Assembly: GCA_028748975.1 (NCBI GenBank)
Contig: JAQTPI010000005.1
Location: 8,933 to 72,932, forward strand
Source: Patescibacteria group bacterium
GTDB lineage: Bacteria; Patescibacteriota; Patescibacteriia; UBA2196
Reading direction: 5' to 3'
DNA: 64,000 nt
The notes beneath the pieces are model-generated. The model saw only the letters and a program-made list of their open reading frames with translations. It made no database searches and had not been told where the DNA came from. Positions 52,876 to 62,761 of this stretch are shown one piece after another. The translations under genes and the position numbers were made by a program. How positions within the stretch are numbered: position 1 is the stretch's first letter; each line of letters starts with the position of its first letter.

Positions 52876-55800
52876 CTATCTCTCCGCCACCACCCCAAAA
52901 TATCCATCTTTTAATAAATCCGCGGAATAAGTAATCACGCTTCCCTCTTCTGCCACGCCAGAGCCGGCGGTGGCCTGAATTTTATAATTGGCTGGCAAAA
53001 TTAGTTCGCTTTGGAAATCAATCGCGTTCATACCAAGTTGTTTATCAACAACCAAACTGTATTTGGCTTCGTCATTTTTTCCAAATAGAGCCGCAAACCA
53101 TTGTTTAATTTTATTATTGCTTTTGGCCGTACCAAACTGGAAAGGCAGTTTATATTTGATGGTGACTGTTTTTTCCTGGCCCGGCGCCACTTGCAGCCAG
53201 TTGCCAAAAACAGTTTTGCCAAATTCAGAAGAAACACGCGTGCCCGTGGCTTCGTCCAAAGAAACATTGGTTTCCACCGCGGCCAAAGTTTTGTCAGCAC
53301 TCATGCCGTCTTGGCTCGCGGAATATTTAAAAAGATAATCCGGATTAAAATTAAAACCGGTGGCGGAAATAAGTTCCGCGCCAGCGGGCACATAGAAACG
53401 GACATAATCAACATTATTGTCGCCTTCAAAAAGTTTACCCAATTCGCCATTATGCTGGCGCGTCAAACTGACGGTCGCGACCATGGCACCGGTTACGTCA
53501 ACTTCAACAGAGTGGCGCACGGTGTTTTTGATAACCGCATCGGTTTTGCCGCCGGAGATATTGGTATGCACGACCATTAAATAATCCTGATTATTTTCAG
53601 TGGCGCGAATCTTACCGGCCCAGCCAAAACGTTCGGCCAAATCTTCCGTATTTTTATCAGAAAAATAGAAAAGAATTTTTTCCTCGCTTAAAGCTTGGCT
53701 TAAGCCGGCGAGTACCGGCAGATAATCCTTGGTGTTTAAATTCATCAGACGCTCCAAAAGCACGGGCGCCATATCCGCGATAATTTCTTTGGGCCGATTT
53801 TTATTCTTGTCATATTCCAATTCCACGGCCGTTTGCATGGCAATGGTAAAATTTTCCGCGCTTAAGGTCTGCTTATATTCTTTCATTTCAATCGGCCCCA
53901 CAATTTTCAATAAATTGGCAACAGTATCTTGAGTTAAGCTGATGATGCCGTCAACCGAAGAACCGCCGTAATTATTCTCATAAAACCAAATTATTTTCTC
54001 GGCACTTGTCGGCCAATTCGGAAACCAGTTGGCATTCCAAATCTGCCAAGCCGGCGAAAAAATCTGCAGTGGCTTCGGCGCGGCCACTAAAACTTGGCTG
54101 CTGCTTTTTAAATCATAAAGGCCGCCGCCGGGAATATCCATTTTTTTGACCCGGCCCTTGTCCACATCCACCACGGCAAAAGAACCCATAAAACCACCGG
54201 TAGGCCTTAGTTCGTTGGAATTTTGGAAAACTACCAAATAACGCTTGGAAGTTTCGGCACCCAAAATATCCTGGCTGAAAAGTAAAATATCTTTGAGGCC
54301 GGCAATGGAGGTTTGCCAGTTTTTGGCGCCAATTTGCAGCGCGGAGAATTTTTCTTGGGCATCACTCGGCAATGAATCTTTGTCAATTTCATTAATCAAG
54401 TTGAGCGCGGCATTGATTTTTGTTTCTTCCGAACCAATGGTCTGGTGCAAAAAAGAAATTTTTTCCGTGAGAGCTGGTTCTGGCGCGTTAAAGACCGAAA
54501 GAGCTTGAGTAATTTTTTGGGCCGAAGCGGAAAGATATTGCCCGGCTGCCAGAAGTTTTTCGCCGTCGCGCGCTTTGGGTACCAGCTTGATTAAAGAATT
54601 AGTCAGAGGCCCCAATTCTTTAATTTGCTTTTGCGCCAGATAAAAAGCACTTTCAGCGCGGCCAAAATTAGCCACGGCGGCAGTGATGTCGTTTTCTGAA
54701 AAATTGCCGGCTGCTTGTTCCAAATAATTCAAACCCTGCGAAGAGGTGCCCAAAACATCGCCTTGAGTTTTTTGAGCCGCGCGCCAAGAATTCCAAACCA
54801 GAAGAGGCAAAACGATAATCAAAGCGGTCAAACCAAAATTAATCAAAGGTTTTAAAGAAAATTTTCTTTCGGCTAAAACCATGGCCGGGGCTTCGCGTTT
54901 TTTAAAAAGATAGCCAATTGACCGGATTAAATAGGAAATATTAAACTTGAAAAGTTTGGTGATTTGCCGAACGACAAAAGTTAGGCCAGCCCAAACTCCT
55001 TTTAGGGTGTGATCGACTACAAAATCCAAAAGGCGAAAGGGCGCGGTTAAGGCCTGCCAGAAAAAATATATAAATTTTCCCAAAAGAGTGAGTGGTAAAT
55101 CAAAAGTCCAATAAAAAAAACCGTGGGTGCGCGGAGTGGCAGGAACAGCGATAAAATTATCGGTGCCGCGCGCCAAGCCGGAAGAAATTAAATCCACTTT
55201 CACTTTTTTTATTTTCTTTTTTTGCTTGTTGATTTTTTTCAAATCGGCTTTCAGAGCCAAGTTGGCGGCGTCTTCCGGCATATCAAAACCCAAAATTTCA
55301 CGAACATGCTTTTGGCGCGTGCTTTGTTTTTCTTCTTCCCAAAGATATTTGACTTCGGACATGGGGGTCAAAGGAGCGGTTTCTGTCGTTTCTTTAATCT
55401 GGTAATCTTTAAATTTGGGCGCGCGCAAATCCACCACATGGGCGGAAGCACGGCGGTTATTTTTGATTTTAAGTTTGGATTCTTGAGGCAAATCCACCAA
55501 GGGTTCGGCTGTGACTGGAAAGATATAATTTTCCGGCAATTCACTTGGCAATTCGGAAATATTTATTTTTGCCTTGAATTCCTGCCAGGTCATTTGCGGC
55601 AGAACTTTATTATCTTTTTCTATTTCTTCCATTTTATTTTCAATTTCCGGCAATTTTTTTTCTATTTTTTCATCATTTTCCGCCAGACTGATTAAAACTC
55701 GCGGCAGAGAGATGTCCATGACAAAATTTTTGTGCGGACGGCCGCGCGCGCCTTTTTTGGGCGCGTATTTCAAAAGCCACTCTTCTTGAGGCGAGAGAAC

Positions 55801-56004
55801 TTTGTGCGGACGGCCGCGTTCACGTTTTTCCATTTTGGCCAAAGCCGCCAATTCTTCCGGCGTCCATTCTTTCTTGGGCCGGCCACGCGGTCTTTTTGGC
55901 TTATTTTGCAACGCCAAAAGCTCGTCCGCTGTGAAGACTTTACGAGGTCTACCACGTTTTTTCTTTTCCGTGAACTGTGAATTTTTTATGGTATTTTCTG
56001 ACAT
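52876..56004 (-). CDS. large membrane protein: N-terminal AT-hook repeats, TM region, DUF4012-like extracytoplasmic domain
   Basis: four GRP-core AT-hook-like motifs (KRGRPRK, RGRPKK, RGRPHK x2) in first 90 aa; hydrophobic segments; C-terminal region with LRPTGGFMGSF motif; 1042 aa. Confidence 0.65.
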   Translation of the reverse strand: MSENTIKNSQFTEKKKRGRPRKVFTADELLALQNKPKRPRGRPKKEWTPEELAALAKMEKRERGRPHKVLSPQEEWLLKYAPKKGARGRPHKNFVMDISLPRVLISLAENDEKIEKKLPEIENKMEEIEKDNKVLPQMTWQEFKAKINISELPSELPENYIFPVTAEPLVDLPQESKLKIKNNRRASAHVVDLRAPKFKDYQIKETTETAPLTPMSEVKYLWEEEKQSTRQKHVREILGFDMPEDAANLALKADLKKINKQKKKIKKVKVDLISSGLARGTDNFIAVPATPRTHGFFYWTFDLPLTLLGKFIYFFWQALTAPFRLLDFVVDHTLKGVWAGLTFVVRQITKLFKFNISYLIRSIGYLFKKREAPAMVLAERKFSLKPLINFGLTALIIVLPLLVWNSWRAAQKTQGDVLGTSSQGLNYLEQAAGNFSENDITAAVANFGRAESAFYLAQKQIKELGPLTNSLIKLVPKARDGEKLLAAGQYLSASAQKITQALSVFNAPEPALTEKISFLHQTIGSEETKINAALNLINEIDKDSLPSDAQEKFSALQIGAKNWQTSIAGLKDILLFSQDILGAETSKRYLVVFQNSNELRPTGGFMGSFAVVDVDKGRVKKMDIPGGGLYDLKSSSQVLVAAPKPLQIFSPAWQIWNANWFPNWPTSAEKIIWFYENNYGGSSVDGIISLTQDTVANLLKIVGPIEMKEYKQTLSAENFTIAMQTAVELEYDKNKNRPKEIIADMAPVLLERLMNLNTKDYLPVLAGLSQALSEEKILFYFSDKNTEDLAERFGWAGKIRATENNQDYLMVVHTNISGGKTDAVIKNTVRHSVEVDVTGAMVATVSLTRQHNGELGKLFEGDNNVDYVRFYVPAGAELISATGFNFNPDYLFKYSASQDGMSADKTLAAVETNVSLDEATGTRVSSEFGKTVFGNWLQVAPGQEKTVTIKYKLPFQFGTAKSNNKIKQWFAALFGKNDEAKYSLVVDKQLGMNAIDFQSELILPANYKIQATAGSGVAEEGSVITYSADLLKDGYFGVVAER

Positions 56005-56020
56005 TTATCTATATATTATG

Positions 56021-56095
56021 CCCGCCTCGCGTCGACTTGCCCGCTTCGCTAAATCGAGGCGAGCGTCTGACGCGAGTCGAGGCGGGCGAATTACT
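56021..56095. repeat. GC-rich palindromic element (family C) directly upstream of large membrane protein start
   Basis: gcccgcctcgcgtcgacttgcccgcttcgctaaatcgaggcgagcgtctgacgcgagtcgaggcgggcgaatt; homolog of 18578-18652. Confidence 0.6.
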
Positions 56096-56285
56096 GGCTA
56101 ATTTTGCGAATATTTTTTTATTTATTTATCCACAATTTATTTAACTACTATAATTCTACCATAAATAGTCAAAAAATACGAAAAAAATCGAGAAAAAATA
56201 GCTAAAATAAACAAAAACGACGCTATTATAGCATCGTTAATACTTTTATTACTTCTATTGCTTTTATTACTCTATTACTTAATTT

Positions 56286-57272
56286 TTACATTTCCGTTAA
56301 TAATTCGCTTTTAGTTAATAGCCCTTCTTCGGCGCCGGGCAGACCGACTACTGACGCGGAATTGACCATGGCGGCTTCCAGTGCCAAATCTATGTCTTTA
56401 TTAAAATGATTGAGCGCCCAAACAAAAGTGGAATCGAAAGCGTCACCGACGCCGACCGTGTCTTTCTTTTTTACTTCTTTGACCGGCTGGAAAAAAATAT
56501 TTTTATTATGCATGGCGTAGGCGCCGTTGATGCCGTCAGTGATGACTAAAATTCCCGGACAATAGTTGCGAAGCAAAGGCAAAAGTTTTCTGGGATTGGC
56601 CACGCCTTTCAATTGCGGTACCAAAAGTTCAATGGCTTCGTCTTTATTTAAAAGCAAGACATCGGTTAAGGCAAGATATTGTTTCAGTCGGGACAGCCCG
56701 GCTTGTAACTGTAAATTACCCGGATTCCAGGCGAGATAATTTTCCGCCTTTTGGCGCAGAGCAAAAATTTTAGTTAAAATTTGCTGCCAGTTTTTTCCAG
56801 ACAGCGAAGAAACATAAACCCAGTCGGGTTTGATTTGCTCATAGCCGCGCGCGTCAATTTTTAAATCTTCGTTGGCGCCGCGAAAGGTGAAAAGCACGTG
56901 GTCTTCGCCACTTGGGCTTTTGTGTGCCACGATGAAGGACAGGCCGCTTCTCAATTCGGAAACAGAAACATGTTTGGTGTTTACTTTTTCTTTTTTTAAA
57001 TTATTTATTATTGCCTTGCCGGCTAAATCATCGCCCACGGCAGTAAAAACAGAAACTTTGTTGCCGAGGCGCGCCAAACAAATCGCGGTGTTGGCCGCTC
57101 CCCCGCCAAAAGAAAAGCCGGCATCAGCCACATTAATTTTGGCGCCAAATTCAAAACCAAGAAGTTTTTGCTTGGTCGGATCTTTTTTATTGTCAACCAA
57201 AACGCCTTCTTTGGAATGAAAAGTAATATCCTGCGTCGCTCCGCCGATGGTGAGGAAATTTAATCTATTCAT
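56286..57272 (-). CDS. PfkB-family carbohydrate kinase
   Basis: GGGAANTA and DTVGVGDAF motifs. Confidence 0.8.
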   Translation of the reverse strand: MNRLNFLTIGGATQDITFHSKEGVLVDNKKDPTKQKLLGFEFGAKINVADAGFSFGGGAANTAICLARLGNKVSVFTAVGDDLAGKAIINNLKKEKVNTKHVSVSELRSGLSFIVAHKSPSGEDHVLFTFRGANEDLKIDARGYEQIKPDWVYVSSLSGKNWQQILTKIFALRQKAENYLAWNPGNLQLQAGLSRLKQYLALTDVLLLNKDEAIELLVPQLKGVANPRKLLPLLRNYCPGILVITDGINGAYAMHNKNIFFQPVKEVKKKDTVGVGDAFDSTFVWALNHFNKDIDLALEAAMVNSASVVGLPGAEEGLLTKSELLTEM

Positions 57273-57275
57273 TTT

Positions 57276-58208
57276 TTAATATTCTAAAATATTATCACTA
57301 AAATAGGATTCAACAATCACTTTTCCTGATCCCGAAACAATCTCACCAATAATGTCCATGTTTTCATTTTCACTAATAATTTCTTTTGCCTTTTCTTCTG
57401 TTACGGAAAAGATGAAGCCAATGCCACAATTAAAAATTTTATACATATCTTCTTCTAAAACTCCTTTGGAATGCAAATCTTCAAATATCTGTTGTGGCCG
57501 CAATTTGTGGTTTCTTGATATTTTGACGTCAGCTTCAACCAATAAATCTTTCAATTTTGTGTAAGCTCCGCCGGTAATATGCATCAGGCCGTGGAGGTCG
57601 TATTTTTTATCAAGTTCCAAAATTTTATCAAGATAAATCGCCGTTGGTTCCACAAATTCAGCTCTCTGCTCTTCACCAAAAACTTCCCTTACTTTTGTAA
57701 AACCATTGGAATGCAGGCCATTGCTTTTGATTCCGATTAACCTATCTCCGATAATAAATTTATTTGGCTTAAAATTTTCAATAAAACCAGAAATCGTGAT
57801 GCCAATATCAAGGCAATCAAAATTATTATGGACTGATGTTTCGCCGCCGGTAATTGCTATCTTTCTTTTTTGGCATTCGGCGGAAAGCGCTTCTATAATT
57901 TCAATGATTCCGCTGTCTTCTTTGGGCACGGTTATGTGATTTTGCAACTTATATGGCACGGCTCTGGCCAAGGCTAAATCATTCAAATTCATGGCCAAAG
58001 CGTCCAAAACCGCGTTTTTAAAAGTTCTTTCCCGCCAATGATAAAATCCTTTTGTACCGATCCCGTCGGTGTGATCAACCTCTAATCCGGAAAATTTCTT
58101 TTCTATAATTGGGTAAATTCCATCTTTAACCTCAACAAAAGGCGTATTCCAAGTTTGTCTAATCAAATCTATTGTTTGTTTTTTATAAGGTTTGACGGGA
58201 TTATACAT
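57276..58208 (-). CDS. AIR synthase-related (PurM-like) protein
   Basis: DGIGTK and HITGGA motifs of PurM/ThiL/HypE superfamily. Confidence 0.55.
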   Translation of the reverse strand: MYNPVKPYKKQTIDLIRQTWNTPFVEVKDGIYPIIEKKFSGLEVDHTDGIGTKGFYHWRERTFKNAVLDALAMNLNDLALARAVPYKLQNHITVPKEDSGIIEIIEALSAECQKRKIAITGGETSVHNNFDCLDIGITISGFIENFKPNKFIIGDRLIGIKSNGLHSNGFTKVREVFGEEQRAEFVEPTAIYLDKILELDKKYDLHGLMHITGGAYTKLKDLLVEADVKISRNHKLRPQQIFEDLHSKGVLEEDMYKIFNCGIGFIFSVTEEKAKEIISENENMDIIGEIVSGSGKVIVESYFSDNILEY

Positions 58209-58209
58209 T

Positions 58210-58911
58210 TTAATAGTTCACAAAATACTTAATCTTTGCTGCGGCTTTGAGGGAGGCAATTAAAGCGGTGGCTTCGGTGCTCATTTTTTGTTGCATCAGC
58301 TGGGTTTTGATTTGTTCATTATAGGTTGTTTCTTGTCCTGCCGGAACGGTGATTTTATTGTCAGTAATATATTGTTTAATTTCCGCGTCAGTCACGCCAA
58401 CTTTGTCCGCCAAAAGTTTTTCCAATTTTTTATTGATTAAAATTTGTTTTTCAAAAATTTCCTGCGTTAGGCCTTGGGCTGCCAGGGCTTCGGCCAAAGT
58501 TCCACCTTGCGCTTTAACTTGGTCTTCCACAATTTTGATTTCCGCGGCGACTTCTTCGTCGGTTATTTTAATTCCATTTTTGTCCGCTTCGGCGTTGATT
58601 AATTTTTCGGTAATGAGCGAATCCAAAGCGCTTTTGCCGGAAACTTTTTCTAATTCGGAAACGACGGCATGGCGGCTGATAAGTGAACCATTTACGCTCG
58701 CGGCGAAAAATTGGCCTTTAAAAACATAGGCCAAAATCAAAATCACGATGACCGCGCCGGCAATGATTAAAACCTTGGGGCTGAAACTGACGCTGAATTT
58801 TTTCTTAGGTTTTTCTTCCACAATGATTTCTTCGACCACAACCGGGTTTTCTTCGGGGGTGGTTAAAACTTCCTCCAAAATTACGTCCTCTAAATTTTGT
58901 TCGTTGTCCAT
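58210..58911 (-). CDS. membrane-anchored SurA-N/PrsA-like chaperone domain protein
   Basis: single TM then SurA N-terminal-like helical region; 233 aa. Confidence 0.5.
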   Translation of the reverse strand: MDNEQNLEDVILEEVLTTPEENPVVVEEIIVEEKPKKKFSVSFSPKVLIIAGAVIVILILAYVFKGQFFAASVNGSLISRHAVVSELEKVSGKSALDSLITEKLINAEADKNGIKITDEEVAAEIKIVEDQVKAQGGTLAEALAAQGLTQEIFEKQILINKKLEKLLADKVGVTDAEIKQYITDNKITVPAGQETTYNEQIKTQLMQQKMSTEATALIASLKAAAKIKYFVNY

Positions 58912-58941
58912 AAAAATATAGGTTAGTTGATAAAAATTTAG

Positions 58942-59724
58942 TTATTTTTTACAAACATAGAAAACGGCTGGGTGTTTTCTTGTATCTTTTTTTGATATTT
59001 GTAAATTGCGATTAATTTCAATTATTTTAAAGCCAGCTGACTTAATTTGGTTTTTAACTTTTTTTACTGATGCTATATGAATGTATTGCTTTGTTTTATA
59101 AATTTTACTACTGTCTCCAATTTCTCTGGAAAAAAATCTGTCGCCGAAATCAATTTCATCAATCTTAAATCCTAATGGTTTTAATATAAAAAATCTTAGC
59201 CATTGCCAAACCCAAAAGAAAAAATAATTGCTTAACCAAACTCTGGGATGGGCGGTAAAAATGCAAATTCCGCCGTCTTTAAGAACTCTTTTCATTTCTT
59301 TAAGGGCTTTTAATCTTTCTTCTTTACCAGGAATATGCGTCCAGCCCTGATTGGAAAATAATATATAGTCAAAATAATTATCAGCAAAATCAAGTTTTGT
59401 AGCATCGCCAACCTTGTAATCTATATCTAAATTTTTTTCTTTAGCTATTCTCTTCGCGCTATTAATCATTTCAGGAACAAGATCCACGGCTGTAATTTTA
59501 TAACCTTGTTTAAAAAGAGGAATTGAAGTTCTGCCAGTGCCGCAACCCAAATCAAGAATGCTGCCTTTGTTTTTAAAATATTTTGAAATTAAATAATTTT
59601 CACTGTCCCAAAGGCCATCCCCTACCAATTTGGAATATCTTTCTTGGGCGTTTTCGCCGCCAAATTCTTCTATCATGCGTTTTTTAAGTTCTTCTGTTTG
59701 CATACCCAGTTGGCTGCGGGACAT
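58942..59724 (-). CDS. class I SAM-dependent methyltransferase (true start probably Met at about 59703, since 59724 start overlaps tRNA)
   Basis: motif [13 protein letters not shown]. Confidence 0.75.
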   Translation of the reverse strand: MSRSQLGMQTEELKKRMIEEFGGENAQERYSKLVGDGLWDSENYLISKYFKNKGSILDLGCGTGRTSIPLFKQGYKITAVDLVPEMINSAKRIAKEKNLDIDYKVGDATKLDFADNYFDYILFSNQGWTHIPGKEERLKALKEMKRVLKDGGICIFTAHPRVWLSNYFFFWVWQWLRFFILKPLGFKIDEIDFGDRFFSREIGDSSKIYKTKQYIHIASVKKVKNQIKSAGFKIIEINRNLQISKKDTRKHPAVFYVCKK

Positions 59725-59784
59725 GGATTCGAACCATGATAAACAGCTTCAAAGGCTGCTGTCCTACCATTAGACGATCCCGCA
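59714..59784 (-). tRNA. tRNA-Gln (anticodon TTG)
   Basis: acceptor tgcggga/tcccgca, anticodon stem gcagc/gctgt loop ctTTGaa, T-loop ttcgaat. Confidence 0.7.
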
Positions 59785-59937
59785 ACAGTTTAATTTCTAA
59801 TTTTCAATTTTTAATTTCTAATAACGCAATTATGTGCGCCTATCGGCGAAGTGTATAAACCTCACCCTGCCCCCTCCTTGGTAAGGAGAGGGGGGCGGTT
59901 CCCTTATTACTCTATTACTCTATTACTTTATTACTTG

Positions 59938-61617
59938 TTATTCCACCACCACTCCCCCAAAATCTTCCAAGACCATATTAATCGGCTCGGCGGCGGCTTC
60001 TTTTTTTTGTTCGCGGGCTTTGACGGCGGCGGCTTTCAAGTCGCTTGGCAAAACCGAGCATTTGACCACGAAATCGCAAGCAAAGGCCTTTTTCAAAATT
60101 TCTTCCAGAATTTTGCGCGCTTTGATTTCTTTAAAACGTTCGCAATAAAAAGAATGTTCAAAACCGATTTCCAAATTATTTTCTTTCAAATTCAAGACGT
60201 GCGCAGTTTGCAGAGCGATGGCAGCTGATTGGTTAACAGTGTGGCTGGCCACAATTACTTCCGGCCAGCGATTATTAATTTCTTCCAAAGTTAGATTGAT
60301 TAGAATTTCCTGCTTTTTATCGCTACCAGCAGCCACTGTGTCATCCCGGACTCCGATCCGGGATCCATTTTCCTCTTTTCTGGATTCCGGGTCAAGCCCG
60401 GAATGACAGACGGATTTATCTTTTTTATTTTCTGGTATTTCAGTTTTTACTTCTACCGGAGTTTCTTTTTTTATAGTTTTGGCTGGTGTCACGGCAGTTT
60501 TTACCACTTGCGGCGCCAGCGGAACATAATTATTTAACGAATCTTCGCAAAGTTCAATCACGCCCATCTCTAATGGCAATTGTGAAATTTCGGCGCGCTT
60601 CAAATCATTCAGGCGCGCCATAAAGACATCCATAATTTTTAAAATTTGACTGGCTTCGGCTTCTTTGGCTTGCGCATACATTTGCTCGCCTGTTTCCTGC
60701 CAGCCGTCGGTTTCCACGCCCAATTTAATTAAAATCAATTTACGCAGATATTCAATCAAATCAGCGGTAAAATGCTCCAAATCAACCCCCTCCTCCACCA
60801 AAGTATTAACCAACTCCAGCGCTTCTTTGGCATTTTTTTTAATTAAAAATCCGGCCAAGCGCGCCACCAATTCAAAATCCGAGCGTGGCAAAATGGCCGC
60901 GGCGTCTTCAATTTTAATGTCTCTTTTACCCAAAGACAACACCTGGCCCAGCAAACTTAGCGAATCGCGGACAAAACCGCCGGTTAAAGTCACGATATTT
61001 TTAACCACCGCGTCGTCAAGATTGAAACCCTCTTCTTTGGCAATATTTTTCAAATACGGAGCCAAGACTTTGGCATCCACGCGGCGAAAATCAAAGTGCT
61101 GGCAGCGAGAAACGATGGTTTCCGGCAGTTTATACAGTTCGGTGGTGCATAGAATGAAGATGCAGTGCGCTGGCGGCTCTTCCATGGTTTTAAGTAGCGC
61201 GTTAAAAGAAGAAGAGGAAAGCATGTGGACTTCGTCAATAATGAAAATTTTAAATTTATCGCGGTAAGGAGTGAAGCGCGCGCTGTCCACAATGTTATCG
61301 CGAACTTTATCAACCTGGGTGTTGGAAGCGGCGTCAACTTCAATCATATCCAAGGATTTGCCTTCTTTAATTTCCAAACAGGATGGGCACTGGTCGCAGG
61401 GTTCAAATTCGCCATTTTTTCTTTGGTGGCAATTTAAAGCCTTGGCCATGAGCCGCGCCACGGTGGTTTTGCCAATGCCTCTCGGCCCCGCGAAAAGATA
61501 GGCATGCGAAACAGCCCCGGTTTTGATTTCATTTTCCAGAGTTAATTTGATATGGTTTTGCCCGATTAATTCAGCAAAAGTCTGTGGGCGGTATTTGCGG
61601 TAAAGAGTGAGGGACAT
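59938..61617 (-). CDS. dnaX: DNA polymerase III subunit gamma/tau
   Basis: YRPQTF..GQ, Walker A GPRGIGKTT, zinc module CxxC..C..C; in-frame MITE insertion. Confidence 0.9.
   Translation of the reverse strand: MSLTLYRKYRPQTFAELIGQNHIKLTLENEIKTGAVSHAYLFAGPRGIGKTTVARLMAKALNCHQRKNGEFEPCDQCPSCLEIKEGKSLDMIEVDAASNTQVDKVRDNIVDSARFTPYRDKFKIFIIDEVHMLSSSSFNALLKTMEEPPAHCIFILCTTELYKLPETIVSRCQHFDFRRVDAKVLAPYLKNIAKEEGFNLDDAVVKNIVTLTGGFVRDSLSLLGQVLSLGKRDIKIEDAAAILPRSDFELVARLAGFLIKKNAKEALELVNTLVEEGVDLEHFTADLIEYLRKLILIKLGVETDGWQETGEQMYAQAKEAEASQILKIMDVFMARLNDLKRAEISQLPLEMGVIELCEDSLNNYVPLAPQVVKTAVTPAKTIKKETPVEVKTEIPENKKDKSVCHSGLDPESRKEENGSRIGVRDDTVAAGSDKKQEILINLTLEEINNRWPEVIVASHTVNQSAAIALQTAHVLNLKENNLEIGFEHSFYCERFKEIKARKILEEILKKAFACDFVVKCSVLPSDLKAAAVKAREQKKEAAAEPINMVLEDFGGVVVE
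60339..60408. mobile_element. MITE-like element (family A) in-frame in dnaX
   Basis: gtgtcatcccggactccgatccgggatcc...ggattccgggtcaagcccggaatgaca encodes SVCHSGLDPESRKEENGSRIGVRDDT. Confidence 0.7.
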
Positions 61618-61630
61618 AATTATGGTTGGT

Positions 61631-61861
61631 TGTCATTCCGAGGAGAGAAACGACGAGGAATCCTGTAAATTTTATATTTAATGTCAAAATCCCAATGTCA
61701 AATGACCAATCAATGTCAAAATCCAAAATCCTAAAAAATTACGCGCTCTGTAGCCATTTGACATTTAACCATTAGTCATTGATTTGGCATTGGAAATTTG
61801 ACATTTGGCATTCACAACTGACGAGATCCTTCAGCCGATATCTATCGGCTTCAGGATGACA
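61631..61861. mobile_element. MITE-like element (family A ends) with internal aatgtcaaa inverted repeats
   Basis: tgtcattccgaggagagaaacgacgaggaatcc ... atgtcaaaatcccaatgtcaaatgacc ... gagatccttcagccgatatctatcggcttcaggatgaca. Confidence 0.65.
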
Positions 61862-62408
61862 CCCCCTTGTCATCACCACCTTTTATCACATTCTCCAGCG
61901 CCGCCTGACTGGCCTCCAGGCCTTTCGGAATCAAAATTATGACTTCATCGCCGGCCTCGCCTTTGAAATAGGTGACGGAGGCGTGAAGCAGTTTATAACT
62001 TTTGCCATTGTCCAAAAGCGCGCGATATTCATCTTTTTCGCTGTCATAAAGAAGTTTGCCTTTCTGGCGTTCGCGTTCCTGGGGCTTGATTTGCTTATAA
62101 ACAAAAGTGCCGTCAGATTTAATAACCAGTTTTAAAACATCACCTTCCACCAGTTTGGATTTGGAGGCATAGTTGGCGGGCACGCTGTATTCTTTTTCGT
62201 CCGGACCAATCATACAGACGCCATTAAAAACACCCTCCACAATTTGTTCCTCGCCGTCTTGCGATTGATTAAGGTCCAGCCGCCGCGCCATAATATGGGC
62301 GGAGTCTTCGCCGCCAGTCAGTTCTTCCATAATTTCCCGCGCCTGCCTTAAATTTATTTCGGCCGTTTCAATTAAATTTTTGAGTTCTAAAAGTTTTTTG
62401 TTTTTCAT
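61851..62408 (-). CDS. hypothetical protein
   Basis: 185-aa ORF, N-terminal helical region then beta-rich KLVIKSDGTFVYK segment; stop lies inside MITE terminus. Confidence 0.45.
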   Translation of the reverse strand: MKNKKLLELKNLIETAEINLRQAREIMEELTGGEDSAHIMARRLDLNQSQDGEEQIVEGVFNGVCMIGPDEKEYSVPANYASKSKLVEGDVLKLVIKSDGTFVYKQIKPQERERQKGKLLYDSEKDEYRALLDNGKSYKLLHASVTYFKGEAGDEVIILIPKGLEASQAALENVIKGGDDKGVSS

Positions 62409-62434
62409 ATGTTTATTTTTATTTTTATTCGTAA

Positions 62435-62555
62435 TGTCATCCTGACGACCCGCGACAGCAGTCGGGGGAGGAAGGATCTCGTAGCGGTGTCATCCCGGGC
62501 TTGACCCGGGATCCAGTAACCGTTTTTCTGGATTCCCGCTTTCGCGGGAATGACA
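62435..62555. mobile_element. two adjacent MITE-like elements
   Basis: tgtcatcctgacgacccgcgacagcagtcgggggaggaaggatctcgtag + tgtcatcccgggcttgacccgggatccag...ggattcccgctttcgcgggaatgaca. Confidence 0.6.
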
Positions 62556-62697
62556 AGTTTTTATTTTTGTTTTGATTTTTTATTTTTATTTTTTTATTAT
62601 CCCCTTATTACTTATTATTAGTTACTTATTACCAGTAATTTACCCTCTAATTCTACCTCATTTTGGCCGGTATTGTCAAAATGTGATATAATTTACA

Positions 62698-62748
62698 CGA
62701 GATCCCTCGACTCGGCCGATTGCTATCGGCCTCGCTCGGGATAAACTG
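62698..62748. mobile_element. MITE module (gagatccctcg...cgggataaac)
   Basis: gagatccctcgactcggccgattgctatcggcctcgctcgggataaactg. Confidence 0.55.
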
Positions 62749-62761
62749 TAAAAAAGAAAAA

